NCBI GenBank assembly: GCA_963514005.1
Contig: OY740792.1
Coordinates: 34,658,001 to 34,722,000 of the forward strand
Length of the DNA stretch: 64,000 nucleotides
Direction: 5' to 3'
Source: Raja brachyura
Taxonomy: Eukaryota
In this document: positions 13,185-26,775 of the stretch, in pieces
Numbering within the stretch: the first letter of the stretch is position 1
Layout: each line of letters begins with the position of its first letter
Notes under the pieces: model-generated
The model's database searches: none
What the model saw: the letters and a program-made list of their open reading frames with translations, nothing else
What the model was told of the DNA's origin: nothing
Position numbers and translations under genes: made by a program

Positions 13185-13808
13185 CATAGAATCATAGAAA
13201 ATAGGTGCAGGAGTAGGCCATTTGGCCCTTCGAGCCTGCACCGCCATTCAATGTGATCATGGCTGATCATCCAACTCAGTATCCTGTACCTGCCTTCTCT
13301 CCATACCCCCTGATCCCTTTAGCCACAAGGGCCACATCTAACTCCCTCTTAAATATAGATAATGAACTGGCCTCAACTACCTTCTGTGGCAGATAATTCC
13401 ACAGACTCACCACTCTTTGTGTGAAAAAAGATCTTCTCATCTCGGTCCTAAAAGACTTCCCCCTTATCTTTAAACTGTGACCCCTTGTTCTGGAGTTCCC
13501 CAATCTTCCCGCATCTAGCCTGTCCTACCCCTTAAGAATTGTGTAAGCCTCTATAAGATCCCCCCTCAATCTCCTAATTTCCAGCGAGTACAAGGCGAGT
13601 CTATCCAGTCTTTCTTCATATGGAAGTCCTGCCATCCCAGGATTCAGTCTGGTGAACCTTCTCTGTACTCCCTCTATGGCAAGAATGTCTTTCCTCAGAT
13701 TAGGAGACCAAAACTGTACGCAATACTCCAGGTGTGGCCTCACCAAGACCCTGTACAACTGCAGTAGAACCTCCCTGCTCTTGTACTCAAATCCTTTTGC
13801 TACGAATC
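13185..13808 (-). mobile_element. CR1/HER1 3' fragment
   Basis: [15 protein letters not shown]...RRLRGDLIE and TRGHSLKI...FFTQRVV peptides; microsatellite tail. Confidence 0.9.
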
Positions 13809-13959
13809 TTGTACTCAAATCCTTTTGCTATGAAATTTATTATTGTTATTTAATCTTGTCTTTTGGTACCCTCAAATACTGAAAATGAACTGCTTTTGTC
13901 TGTCTTGTTTTATCGTAAAACCATTTGGATGTTTGGCACAGGTTTAGTTTTTAAATTTA

Positions 13960-14700
13960 GGGTTATTAGGTTTGTTGTTACTGAGGTACAGTAAAAAGCA
14001 GGTTATCCAAACAGATCAGATATACTATACATAAATGTAATCGAGTCAAGCTCAAGTATATCAGAGCAACAGGGAAGATGCAGAATGCAGAACATAATTC
14101 TCAACATTGTAGCGCATCAGTTCCATAGACAAATGTTCACAGTGAGTTGGAGGTGAATCACACCGTACCCTAGCTTATTCAAAAGCTTTCTAACAGAGGA
14201 GACAAAGCAGTTCCAGAGTCTGGGTGTGCACCTTTCCAAGCTCCTGCCCCTTTTGCCGGACGGGAACAGGGGGAAATAGAAATAACCAGAGTGAGACAAG
14301 TCTTTGATTATGTTGTTAAAGAAGGAACTGCAGATGCTGGAGAATCGAGGGTTACACAAAAAGCTGGAGAAACTCAGCGGGTGCAGCAGCATCTAAGGAG
14401 TGAAGGAGATAGGCGACGTTTCGGGTCGAGACCCTTAGGTTGGCTGCTTTTCCAAGGCAACGTGAAGTGTAGATGGAGTCAATGTTGAGGTTTGATCAGT
14501 GATGGACCAGGCTACATCTACAACTTTGTACAATTTCTTGTGGTCCTGGGCAGAACTGTTCCCGAACCAAGCTGTGATGCAATCTGACAGTATACTTTCT
14601 ATGGTGCTTCTGTAGAAGTTTGTTAGATTCCTTGGAGACATACTGAATTTCTTCAGGAAGTAGTGATGTTGGTGTGCCTTCTTGGCAGCCTCATCAACAT
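13960..14700 (-). mobile_element. Rex1/Babar-like LINE 3' fragment
   Basis: LTNFYRSTIESILSDCITAWFGN motif (ORF 14435-14641). Confidence 0.75.
14298..14436 (-). mobile_element. Penelope-like terminal repeat fragment (truncated hammerhead)
   Basis: gacgtttcgggtcgagaccctt, cut before the CUGANGA core; approximate TSD tatgttg/taggttg. Confidence 0.7.
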
Positions 14701-15963
14701 GGTCGCATCAATATGGGGTTGCATCACAGGAGGCCACTCTGCTAGTTATGTGAGTGTGTGTCAAAAATGGGGCTATTATGATAACTCCAACTTCCCTGCT
14801 TCCATTTAGCAGCACAAGTGGACAATGTGGGTAAAGTGGCATGTGGGATACTGGCCTTTGTTAGTCAGGGCACTGCAAACGGGCGTAGGGAGATTATGCC
14901 CCAACTTAATAAAACATTGGTCAGACCTCAGCAGGAATATTGTGTTCATTTCTGGTCATCACACTATAGGAAGGATGTGATAGTGCTGGAGAGGGTTCAG
15001 AGGAGATTCAACTGAATGTTGCTTAGGATGGAGGGTTGTGGTTGAGAAGGAACTGGAGCGGCAGGATCCATCCCTTCAAACTTGTTCCATAATTCTATTA
15101 AATTATTGCTAATTATCTATTCCCATGGTCTTCGCTTTATTTGTTGTTTTTTGTGCCATGAAATATATCAAATTAATCTCCGTATTAAATGTATTCTATA
15201 GTAGAAAATTATACTTCTGGGTAAAGAGATTTTTCCCTCACCTCAATCCTAAATGTTTTACCCCATAGGGTATGGAGGAATATGGATCACGTGCAGGCAG
15301 GATTACCAGTTGTTGGAAATCACAAATGAAATAACTCTGGAAATATTCTGAAGTAGTTAAATGCATAAATTGAGACTTGAGGATTTCAAGATAGATAATG
15401 AGTTGCTCGAGTTGAATTTAAAATAGTGACGGCCAAGGACAAGGGTGAGAATAGGAAAGTGATAGGGAATTAAAGCGGCAGGTGACCATAAACCCAGGGA
15501 CACAATGGAGGCGTTCTGCAAAGTGGTCACCCAATCGATGCTGGAGAAACCAACATAGAGGAGACCATATCATGTGCACCAAATTTATTTCACTAAGCTG
15601 TAAGATGTTCTGGCGCATTGCTGCTTCACCTGGAAGGCCCTTGAATGTTGGGAGGGGTCAAAGGGAAAGTGATGCACTGCCTGCGATTGCATGGGAAAGT
15701 GACGTAGGAAGAGGAGTGGTTGCTGTCGATGGAAGAGCGAACCATGCAGTCATATGGGAACCAATCCCATCTGAATATTGAATAGGGAGGGAAACATGAC
15801 CGATGATGGAATCGTGTTGGGGGTTGTATGCAATTTTTAGTAACTTGTCAGAATATTACCTTTCAAATTCAATGTATAGTATTTTTAAACTTTTTTAAAC
15901 AAGGTAAATTGTGTGTGTGTGTGTCGATTCAGTGTGTTTGCTTTCCTTAAGCTCCTTGTTCAG

Positions 15964-15994
15964 ATGGGTGTTCTACACAGTATGGAAAAAGTAA
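15964..15994 (+). CDS. SMS: Spermine synthase, last coding exon
   Basis: Phase-2 join gives (L)WVFYTVWKK*; human SMS ends LWVFYTVWKKAKP*. Confidence 0.92.
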
Positions 15995-16037
15995 AACCTG
16001 TCTTTTCAAAACAGAAGTTGAGTTGTAATTTTATGAA

Positions 16038-16047
16038 AATAAATAAA
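16038..16047 (+). terminator. Candidate SMS polyadenylation signals (overlapping AATAAA; another at 16508-16513)
   Basis: AATAAA hexamers downstream of the SMS stop; usage unknown. Confidence 0.4.
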
Positions 16048-17111
16048 GTTCTTAATCATAAGGATGCCAGGGTGAAGTGCTGCATGATGCTTTTTAGCTT
16101 GCACCCTGGTTCATATTCTTTCTAAAACAAAAAAATGCTCTGTACTCAAAGTCAAAAGTGCTGGCCCAAGGGGTCTTGCATTGTGCTGTGATGCACAACT
16201 CTTTTCATGAAATGGCAACTTCTATATTTTGCTGCATTTTGTTTTATTATTTCTGGTCGATTATATTTTAAATGGAAGTGAAAGGAAAAAGTCTTGACTC
16301 CACTGGTCTAATGCGTATTGCTGTAAATGTGAACCTAGTTCTACTGTGTGAATGGCAAATTCACAATTTGTTTAGTGATATTTTGTTCATCTAAGTGTTT
16401 ATCTTTGTTTGGATGTGAACTTTCAAACTGCTACGTACATATGTCAACCATAAAACCTTTGGAAATTAATGTTTTATTTATTTGCTGTTTTTCTCAGAAT
16501 CAACACAAATAAAGAGATGTGTTGCTATTTTAGCAAAGTTACTACTGTTGCCTCTTGAAAGGTCGAATGGCAGGCGAAAGAAGCGTAGATTGCTTCATGC
16601 ATGGAAAGCGGGAATCAATTGTTCAAACTCTTTCTCTGTCATTGTATGAATGTTTGTCCAGGCATGTCGCTAATATTAGAGCGATATGTTTATTGTTTCA
16701 TTAATCACAGCAGAATAGTTTTTCTTTCTGGTTGAGTGAAAATGTTTTCCCATATCAGCACTGAGAACCAAGCGGTTTCTGTCATTATTTATTTTGGTTA
16801 CGATATGAATGAGCGATAGGTTACAAAGACATATTTTAATCATAAATTTAGGTTAAAGCAAAAAGTACCATTCATGCATGGGAATAATAACTCTTGGTAA
16901 TGGGCCCGAGTTCCAAGGGAAAAATAAGAACAAGGCTTTGATACTTTAACCTGAATATGGAAAACCCTGCAGATTACTCATTCCCCGTTTTTGGTAATGT
17001 GGTTCTATTATTTGCCAGCAGTCATTCATGGTCATCACATATATCAGGGCGAACAGACATAATTAACATTGTTGCTCCACTAATGGTACAGAGCATTCAT
17101 TGCAGCAAGTT

Positions 17112-19521
17112 CAGTGCTATCCGTAATGTTTGGGACAAAGACCCATCATTTATTGATTTGCCTCAATTTGAGATTTGTAATAGGAAAATAATCGCATGTG
17201 GTTAAAATGCACATTGTCATATTTTAATAAAGACCATTTTTATACATTTTGGTTTCACCATGTAGAAATTACAGCCGTGTTTATACATGGTCCTCTCATT
17301 TCAGGGCACAATAATGTCTGGGACACAGCAACGTCATTTAAATTAAAGTGGTCATGTTTAGTATTTTGTTGCATATCCTTTGCAGGCAATGACTGCTTGA
17401 AGTCTGCGATTCATGGACATCACCAGTTGCTGGATGTCTTCTCTGGTGATGCTTTGCCAGGCCTGTATTGCAGCCATCTTTAGCTTGTGCTTGTTTTGAG
17501 GGCTAGTCCCCTTCAGTTTTCTCTTCAGCATATAAAAGGCATGCTCAATTGGGTTCGGATTGGGTGATTGACTTGGCTACTAAAGAATTGACCATTGTTT
17601 AGCTTTGAAAAATTCCTTTGTTGCTTTAGCAGTATGTTTGGGATCATTGTCTTGCTGCACAATGAACTGCCAGCCAATGAATTTTGAGGCATTTGTTTGA
17701 ACTCGAGTGGATAGGATGTGTTTATACACTTCATAATTCATTATGCTACTACCGTCAGCAGTTGTACGTATCATCAATGAAGATAAGTGAGTCAGTACCT
17801 TCAGCAGCCATACATGCCCAGGCCATAACACCCCCACCACCGTGTTTTACAGATGAGGTGGTATGCTTTGGATCTTGGGCAGTTCCTTCTCTCCTTCATA
17901 CTTTGCTCTTTCCATCACTCCGATATGTTAATCTTTGTCTCATCTGTTCACAAGACCTAGAACTGTGGTTGCTCTTTTAAGTACTTCTTGGCAAACTGTA
18001 ACCTGGCTGTCCTATTTTTGCGGGTATCCAGTGGTTTGCATCTTGCAATGTAGCCTCTGTATTTCTGTATATTGTCTTCTGCAGACAGTAGTCAATGACA
18101 AATACACACCTGACTCCTGAAGAGTGTTTCTGATCTGTTGGACAGGTGTTTGGAGATTTTTCTTTATAAAAGAGAGAATTCATCTGTCATCAGCTGCGGA
18201 ATCCTTCCTTTTAATTATTTATTTATTTATTTAAATTTAAACAGGAATGGTGCATATTAATAAACATTTACATGTAAATATGCAAGATTATAGCCAGTAG
18301 TGAATTTCTATCTTTAGTCTCTTTGGCAGATTGATGTTAAATAAACAGGTTAAACACATCACAACACAATCAATCAATAAGAAAATCAAAAAAAAAACAC
18401 AATAAAATAAGAAAAATAACAATAAAGAGTACAATATATAAACTGACAAACAATGCTGCTTATGACAGACCAGATAGCAGTGAATAATTTTAAGGTAGAT
18501 TATGAGTGCAGTATTGATTTTCCAGTAACCTTGTTTTTAGATGTTTGGTAAATGAGATAAAGGTTGGCAGATCCCGTATGACGTTTGGTATCGTGTTCCA
18601 GGTCAGCGACGCTCAATATGAAAACACTGACTGCCCAAAAACACTTTTCCTAAATGGGACTAGACAATCACATCTGGAGCCTGCTCTAGTCGACCTAGTT
18701 GTGTGTTTCTTTATAAAGTCCTTTAACGGGGGTGAGGCTAGTTCATGGAAGATTTTGTAAACCAAAATAGAATCTGCATATTTTATTACTTTTTCCCAGC
18801 TCAGCAAATCATATTTCTTCAGGATGCTACAGTGATGGTACATTCTGGGGCTTTTGTCGTACATTTTAAGGGCTTGTTTATAAGCTATTTCAACAGGCTT
18901 TAGTGTGGACTTACATGCCAGTGCCCAACTTGTTATGCAGTAGGTCATAATCATTGTTAGGTCATAACATGATTGTTGGCATAATCATTGCATTAAAATA
19001 TAGTTTAGCCTTGGCCTACCAGTCCCTTTGTGGTTAGTAAGCTCACCTCCTAACAGTTGATTTTGGTAAGCCTATGGTTTGGCTGATGTTTCTAACAGTT
19101 TTATTCTTGTTTCTCAGTCTCATAATGGCTTCTTTGAATTTCATTGGCACAACTTTGGTCCTCGTGTTGATAAACAGCAATTAAAGTTTTCAAAGGTGAT
19201 GGAAAGACTGGAGGAAAGACCAGGTGCTGAGAGTTTTTTTAGGTCTGTATTAAGGAGGCATTTAAATATACCTGAACAATTACAAACACCCGTGAAGCCA
19301 TGTGTCCCAAACGTTATTTTGCCCTGAAATGGGGGGGGGGGAGCTATGTATAAACACTTCTACATGGTGAAACCAAAATGTATAAAAATATCCATTAATA
19401 AAATCTTACAATGTGCACTTTAACCACGTGTGATTTTTACTATTATAAATTTCAAATTGTGGAGTACTGAGGCATATAAATAAATGATGGGTCTTTGTCC
19501 CAAACATTATGGAGGACACTG
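17112..19521 (-). mobile_element. Tc1-like DNA transposon with decayed transposase and long TIRs
   Basis: TIRs cagtgctatccgtaatgtttgggacaaagacccatc / gatgggtctttgtcccaaacattatggaggacactg; antisense QQDNDPKHT and SPNPNPIEH-like DD34E motifs. Confidence 0.92.
18211..19008 (-). mobile_element. L2/Crack-like LINE 3' fragment inserted in the Tc1
   Basis: YCITSW...KQALK...FGQSVFSY peptide (ORF 18613-18954); (TAAA)n tail; cctt direct repeat at both junctions. Confidence 0.7.
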
Positions 19522-22349
19522 TCAGTCGGAGATTCTTGCTTGTATTGACATTGCATCCCTAACCTGCTTGTAGTAAATGGTCATCACTTTTTCAAAGGAA
19601 TTCCAGTGTGCTGTCTCAAGAAGTAAATATTGGTTATTTACAATATGAATGAACAATCAGCCAGCTGTTAGTCTTCAGAACATCTCTGTTAAATTAACTT
19701 TATTTCCTTTGTTTAAAAATCAAATTAAAATAAATTGCAAATCAACAAGGAAATTGGTGGGAAATATCAGGAGACAGGCAGGATATTTTTTTCATCAAAT
19801 TGTATATTATTTGATATTGGTTTAGCAAGGACCGTATAATTTTGCAAAACCCCAGTTAGGAGAACTGTATTTTTTGCATTCTTTGTTCTTGTGCAGCATA
19901 ACCTTTATTATATGTAAGCTGATTTACGAGTTTCTGCAAGTCCTCTCGGAGAGCTGGCTTTCTCTTGTAGTGTATTGTGAAGTGGTTCCATCCAAATAGC
20001 AGCCAGCATGCACAGTAATTCAAACACATGAAATACATTTTCGGCATGTTAGACAATGCAACTTCACACAAAACAGCCTTTGCACTAAATGCTGCTCTCA
20101 CTGTGTAGAACTATGGTCAGGTACAGTAGACAGGAGTTTATAAAGATTTTATCAATGGTGGTTTAGGTCTGTAGTTTAAAAAAGTGCAACAGTGCAGTAA
20201 ATCGTACAATATATGTCTTAACTTGAATTCCACTGCTTGTTTTAAAGTCGTATAAAAGTTTGTGTATGTCAACATTTAATGAAAAGGTACAAGGCCACAG
20301 CACTGTAAACATTGTACCCACATAAACTCTTATTTTTAAAATGGATTCTGGAGTCTTTCTTTGTTCCTTTCCTGCATTCTCGCCTCATGTTTCAGGTAGA
20401 AGCTTGAGGTGTTACATGAATCAAATCTTGTAACTGGGCACACCAAGTTGGCAGTTGGCAATATGATTCATTGTCTTCATTGGTGTTTCTGCAGGAACTC
20501 ATTCTAGCTCCTTTATACTTTACCAATGCTGTTTCAGGCAGCTGATTACCGCAAAATAGGATGGATATGTCATACCTTGCTCGCTTGCTCTTTAACAAGA
20601 AGGTAGTGGAGGTTGATTTGCTGGATAATTTGGACTCAAATGAGAGCATGTTGAAGATTATGGATATGCAAATCAGAATGGATGTCAAACTGGTTGGCAG
20701 TACATATGAGATAATCTAACAATTGCATGTCAAAATTATCATGCTGACTTCTCGGGTAACATCCAAGGTATTTAATGTGCTTTTGCAGTTGTTGAATGGT
20801 GGGGAGTATTAAATGATTATAATGGATAGAATGTTTTTCCCCATTCACAGGAATATTCAATTGTGGCTTGACATCTGCCTGCCTTATAGGCAAGGCAAGG
20901 CTTTTGGCCCATCTTGCCTTGCCTGATCTCGCAAATTAGTCCCACACATCCGATACTACCTCAAAGTTTTTGCCCAGCACCCTTTTTAGGAGCACACTCA
21001 AAAAGATTATAATTCATTTATAATCATTTAAAATTTCTATTTTGTGTACCGAAGATTTACTGATATTTCTGCTGGAAAGGATTTCACTTCAAAGATTTCA
21101 CTATGTTTATGAAATTTGCTTTAGCTTATCAAACCTCAGATTTTTAACCATGTCTCTTGCTGTGACTGAAACCTTCATTCTCCCATGCCCTCTCAATGCC
21201 ATCATACCTGAATGTGGTGCCCAGATCTGACAGTATCGCATACAGGGGTTAGTTGTACTTTAGGGGTGTTACTTCCTTTCTTTCTTTTTTCTACCACTAA
21301 AGATATAAAGTATACACCCTTTAAAGTGCAGAATCAGACCACATCCATTAAAAAATGTATAATTTAGTTTCTATCGTCTCATTTGTTCTTCTACCAAAGT
21401 GAATCTCATCATTGATGTTCTGTTTTGCCTGCAGCATACCTGCCTGTTTTCGCTATCTTCCCAACATTCTCCTCAAGGCTGACGAATCAGTGTTATGTTT
21501 CTGAATTTTGTGTTTTCTACAAATTTTTCTCACGGCGTATAGAATATCTTAATGAGCTTCATACTAACCTCGAGGAAGCATTCTCCAATCTGAAACGTAG
21601 TGGCTAATAGTTCTTGCTTTCTGCCCGTTGGTCAATATTGTATCTCTGGAACCTCTGCTCTTTTCATCTTCAGCACTTCACTATACTAATGGTAACGATT
21701 AATTATACTGTTTCTACTGTTCCTTTATCTATACAGTGCTTAATGGCTTACACAGCCCACAATGTTAATTCATCTGGAGACATCCTGAAGACCAGAACAT
21801 CACTTTGCAGTTGGTCAGGAAGCAATTCAGTGTACAGTCCCATCAGTCATTGCAGATAAAGGCAGGTAAAGCTTATTCTGGTGGAGTGTGCTTGGCTCAT
21901 GGACTTGCCAGGGGCACTCAAGGAAAGATTATAATGGAAATAATGGATTAATTAAATATTTTTGAAACGCATTAAGAAGGCACACAGCATGGAGTTGACT
22001 TGCGATTTATTGCGTGAGGAGTTTATCGAATTCTGCTGAAATCTGACCATTGACAGGTATTGAGACGTGGGCAAAAGCGGCTGATGGAGTTAAGGATATT
22101 TCCTGGTCTGGTACTTTCCTAATTCTTGGGAAGCGTGAGTACTCTAGTACTTTCCTAATTCTCACGAAGGATGAAACCTTTGCTGCAGTCGGTGTGAGAT
22201 TGATTTTTCATATCTTGTGTGGGGAGAGAATTCCAGGTTAGATATTGTCTAGTGTTCTTGCATGCTATGCAAAATGATGGAGCTTTAGAATAGCCATCAC
22301 CTGGATTTCCAGTCTCAGCCAATATACAAGATCCATATTTGCATCAAAT

Positions 22350-24050
22350 ATAGAACAGTACAGGAGTAGGCCCATTGGCCTGAAATATCAGTGCAGGACA
22401 TGATACCAAGACCAAATCTTATCTGCCTGCACCTAATCAATATCCCTCCATTCCCTGCATATTTGCATGCCTATCCAAAAGTCTCTTAAATGCCGCTATC
22501 ATAGTAGCACTTGCCCCTCTCACCTTAAAACTATGCACTCTAATATTTGTTTTTTCCTATCCTGGAAGATACGTTTTGACTGATTACTGAATCTAGGCCT
22601 CATCAATTTATGTACCTTGATAAGGTCTCCCCACAGCACACGCGTTCCCGAGAAAACAATCGAGATCTGTCCTTTGTTCTTGTAGGTAATGTAGGTTAAT
22701 TCCCAGGATGGCTGGACTGTCATATGTTGATAGAATGTAGCAGCTGGGCTTGTTAACTTTGGAATTTAGATGGATGAGAGGGGATCTTATAGAAACATAT
22801 AAGATTATTAAGGGTTTGGACACGCTAGAGGCAGGAAACATGTTCCCGATGTTGGGGGAGTCTAGAACCAGTCACCACAGTTTAAGAATAAGGGTAAGCC
22901 ATTTAGAACGGAGACGAGGAAACACATTTTCTCACAGAGAGTTGTGAGTATGTGGAATTCTTTGCCTCTTTGAGGGCGGTGGAGGCCAGTTCTCTGGATA
23001 CTTTCAAGGGAGAGCTAGATAGGGCTCTTAAAGATAGCGGAGTCTGGGGATATGGGGAGAAGGCAGGAACGGGGTACTGATTGGGCATGATCACATTGAA
23101 TGGTGGTGCTGGCACGAAGGGCCGAATGGCCTACTCCTGCACCTATTGTATATTATGACTTCCTGACTTGTATTCAATGTTCCGACCATTTAAAGCAAAA
23201 CGTACCATATGCCTCCTTTCCCACTCTAATATCTACTTATGTTACCACTTTCTGGAAGTTATGGATTTGGACCCCAAGATCCCTCTGTCCATAAATGCTG
23301 TTGCAATCCATGTCATTAATGAATTTATTTTTCCCTTGCATTCAACCTCTCAAAGTGGAGTTTGGTGCTTTCCAATGCTTGCTTGGTTCGCCTCCATCTG
23401 CCATTTCTCCACCCATTTCTGTAGCTGATCTATATCCCACTGCATACTTTGGCAGCGTTCCTCACAGCCCACGACCTCTACAATCTTGGTGTCATTTACA
23501 AATTTACTAACCAACCCATTAACCCATTATCTTCCAAATGGCAGTAAATTCTGTCCAGAAGAATCCTTTCCAATAGCTCCACTGACATGAAGCTCATTGG
23601 TCTTTAATACACTGGAATCCCTCTACTACGTAAACAAAGGACCAACATTAGCTCTTCTGCAGTCCCCCGGCGCCTTGCCTGTGGCTAAAGATGCAAAGCC
23701 TTGCATGCGCTTTCCATTTTTCTTTGTCAAGGCTTCCACAATCTTGCATTTCAAGAACCTGGGGATTTATCCACCTTAATGCTCTTCATGCGCCCCAACA
23801 CCTCTTCAATCTTCATCTCAAACTGTCCTTGCATAGTAGTATTCACCACACTAATCTCACTGTCTTCCATGTCATTCTTGGTGACAATGGATTCAGAGTA
23901 TTCATTTAGTCCATCGTCCACATTTCCTAAATCCAAGCACAAGTTCCCTCCTTTATCCTTGAGCAGCCTTATTTTCTCCCTGGTTGCATTCTTGTTTTTA
24001 ATATAGGTATAAAAAGCTTTGGAATTTTCTTTAATTCAACTCGCCAAAGC
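22350..24050 (-). mobile_element. Degenerate CR1 fragments, host of a + strand CR1
   Basis: CR1 3' UTR at about 22350-22500; antisense IKVDKSPG (ORF 23751-23942). Confidence 0.7.
22691..23156 (+). mobile_element. CR1/HER1 3' fragment
   Basis: MRGDLIETYKIIKGLD peptide and CR1 3' UTR. Confidence 0.88.
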
Positions 24051-25439
24051 TTCCATTCCTCATTGGAAGCTCCCAGAGGGCTGTCCCATTGGTGAGAAGC
24101 TATCCAGCCAGCCCCTGCTCATCCCCCATGGCCAGACGCAGTCGTTACGGGGAAACCCCCTGAGCAGCCCCAACTCTTCCACGAAGACCAGAGACCACGA
24201 GGATGGAGCTGGCGATGATGGTGGATGCAATGGGCAAGGAACAAGGATCAAACCAGGGTCTGGCCAACCTCGCCCTCAAGGTTGGCTGTGGGAGGCACAA
24301 AGGTGGACAGGAGAGTAAACCAGTGCGTTTGCTGATCTACCCACATGTACAAGGAAGGTGACGGCTGAAGGCCGGCAGCAGCCTGGGGTTCGTTTTGGGT
24401 CTGGCACCGCTTGTAAGATCTACAGCGTGGACTGGACTTTGAAAATGGCACCAAAACCTGGCGCTTCCTGCATGCGGCCTCAATGGTACTTTATTGTCAC
24501 CTATTAATTTTTCAATACAATTCAGTACAAATCACTACACATAAGCACTTGGATAGTCTTAGATAAGCATCCCAGATACAGTACAATTGTGTAGCAGCAG
24601 TTCATTGAGACAGGATAGAGAGTTGCCAGTTTTTGGCGACTTTTTCACTCAATGAGAAAAAGTGAACTATTCCAATGAGATAGGTGGACTACTCTATGCA
24701 CTTTTCTCATTGGGATCTGCTTGGGTTTGGCAATCTCCACAGGGTTGTTTGAAAGAAAAGAATTTCACTGCATTTGCACATGTAACAAAGTAACCATTGC
24801 AAAACGATTTTGTGGCCCCCTTTGGCCATTCAAATCGCCTGGTTGAGTTCTTTCCTCTCTTTATATTACCCAAAGGCTCTGTCTGATCATGCTCTCTTAA
24901 ACCTTGCATATGCTTCCATTTGTTTTGAATCAAATTTGCCCCTTTGGTCATAAAGATTCCCTTTGCCTTATCCTTCCTCCTCACAAGCTGGTCCCGAACT
25001 TCGATCAACTGGCCTTCAAACAACTGTCTCGTCCAGAAACATCACCCATTCCTTCTCTCCGGAGATGCCACCTGTCCCGCTGAGTTACTCCAGCTTTTTG
25101 GTCTATCCCACATGTCGGATATTAACTCAATTCTCAATAAACAAGGATTCCAGAACACCCTCCTGAGCTCCTGCCTAATAACGTTGTAATTTGCCTTCTA
25201 CAATTTAATACCTTACCACAAGCTCCAGCCTTGTCCTTATTCAAACCAATCTTAAAATGTATGAAATTGTGAACACTATTCCAAAAATGATCTCCCATTG
25301 TAACACCAGTCACCTGGCCAGGCTCGTTTCCCAACACAAGGTCCAGTATGTGCCCTTCTCAGGTCGGACTATACATATACCGTTTCTAGAAATTACCCAG
25401 TAAATTCTGCCCCATCTAAGTCTGTGACACTGAGCAAGT

Positions 25440-26210
25440 CATGTGCAGTAAAGATGGCAGTTGGGGTCATTGTATGCTCCTCCTGCAGGATGTGGAAAAT
25501 TCAGGGAGATTTCCAGTATCCTTGAGGACTACGATTCTATGAGCTTGTATACAGCTGGAGCTCTATACGGACTGCTTTGGGGAAACTAAAGCTGCAGCTT
25601 GTGTAGGAAGGTACTGCAGATGCTGGTTTACATCGAAGATAGACATAAAATACTGGAGTAACTCAGCAGGTCAGACAACATCTCTGAAGAAAAGGAATAG
25701 GTGACGTTTTGGGTCAAGACCTTCAGACTCAAGGTTGAGGGAAAGTAAAGGTTTGAAAAGGTACAAAGAACAAATGAATGAAAGGTATTAAAAGAACAAA
25801 TCACAATGGTACATTGTTGACTAGAGTATGAAAATGTACACTGGACCATTGTGGGCTCCACAATCATCCTTGATCATCGTTGCTGGCTTTGGTTTGCTCT
25901 TAAAAGCAGCAGCTTGATGATCTCCAGATCATCTGGGGGGGCTGAGGAGGCCATAGATGGTTGGGTCATAGTGAGGTGGTCACACCTAGGGTACGGACTG
26001 ACAGTAGATGGGAAGCCAACAGGTTTCTACGAGGTTGCTCCTACGAGGAAAGGGAACAGGCAGAGAGTGCAGCAATATTCCGTGGCCATTCTCGACAAAA
26101 GGTATGCCCCTTATGATGCTGTTGGTGGGATGACCAGTCAGGGGAGAGCAGTAGTGGTCGGGTCTGTAGCATTGGGCCTGGCACTATAAGGAAGGGTGAA
26201 GATATTCAGC
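25440..26210 (+). mobile_element. CR1 ORF1 N-terminal remnant
   Basis: CSSCRMW zinc-finger-like start at about 25474-25500, split by a PLE repeat. Confidence 0.55.
25602..25902 (-). mobile_element. Penelope-like terminal repeat insertion
   Basis: PLE repeat with a degenerate hammerhead; about 14-bp TSD aaagctgcagcttg / aaagcagcagcttg. Confidence 0.75.
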
Positions 26211-26212
26211 GA

Positions 26213-26775
26213 CGTAGAAACAAGGAATTGCAGATGCTGGTTTGCAAAAGACACAAAGTGCTGGAAGTAACAGCAGTTAGGCAGCATATGTGGAGAAATA
26301 ACGTTTCAAGTCGGGACCCTTCTCCAGACAGATTGTGGTGGGTGGAAGGAAAGCTGTAAGAGAGAATGGGTGTGATAAGGTCTGGCAGGAAAAGTTATAG
26401 AGGTCAGGCGAGTTTTTTGAGAGGCATATGGTCGGACAAAGGCCAGAGATGAAAAGGCAGAAAGTGTGAGACAAAAGGTTTGAAGAGTTGTGGATGGTGA
26501 AGCTAGAGGACAGGATGGAGGGGACGGGAGAAACGGGTGTTAGTTCAGGAGGGGCATGGGAGGGAGCAAAGAAGAGTGATCTGGAGGGTTATTTGGGGAA
26601 GAAGTGAAAATGGGAGGGTTCTGTAACCTAAAATTGAAGAATTCAATATTCATACTGTTAGGTTGGCAGCTCCGCAAATGGAATATGTGGTGGTGTTCCT
26701 CCAGTTTGCGTGTGGCTTCAGTCTGGCAATGGAGGAGGCCCAGGACAGAAAGGTTGGTATGGGAATGGGAAGAAA
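26213..26775 (-). mobile_element. Penelope-like element 3' fragment
   Basis: LSVLGLLHCQTEATRKLEEHHHIF (GIY-YIG C-terminus, ORF 26540-26788) plus terminal repeat. Confidence 0.8.

Larger units (their letters stand above)
11796..15963 (+). other. SMS: U12-type (minor spliceosome) GT-AG intron of SMS
   Basis: 5' site GTATCCTTT; branch site TTCCTTAAG at 15943-15951, close to the CAG acceptor at 15961-15963. Confidence 0.9.

Noticed and set aside
15913-16125. 70-aa ORF as a separate gene
   Set aside because: Out-of-frame overlap with the SMS last exon and 3' UTR.
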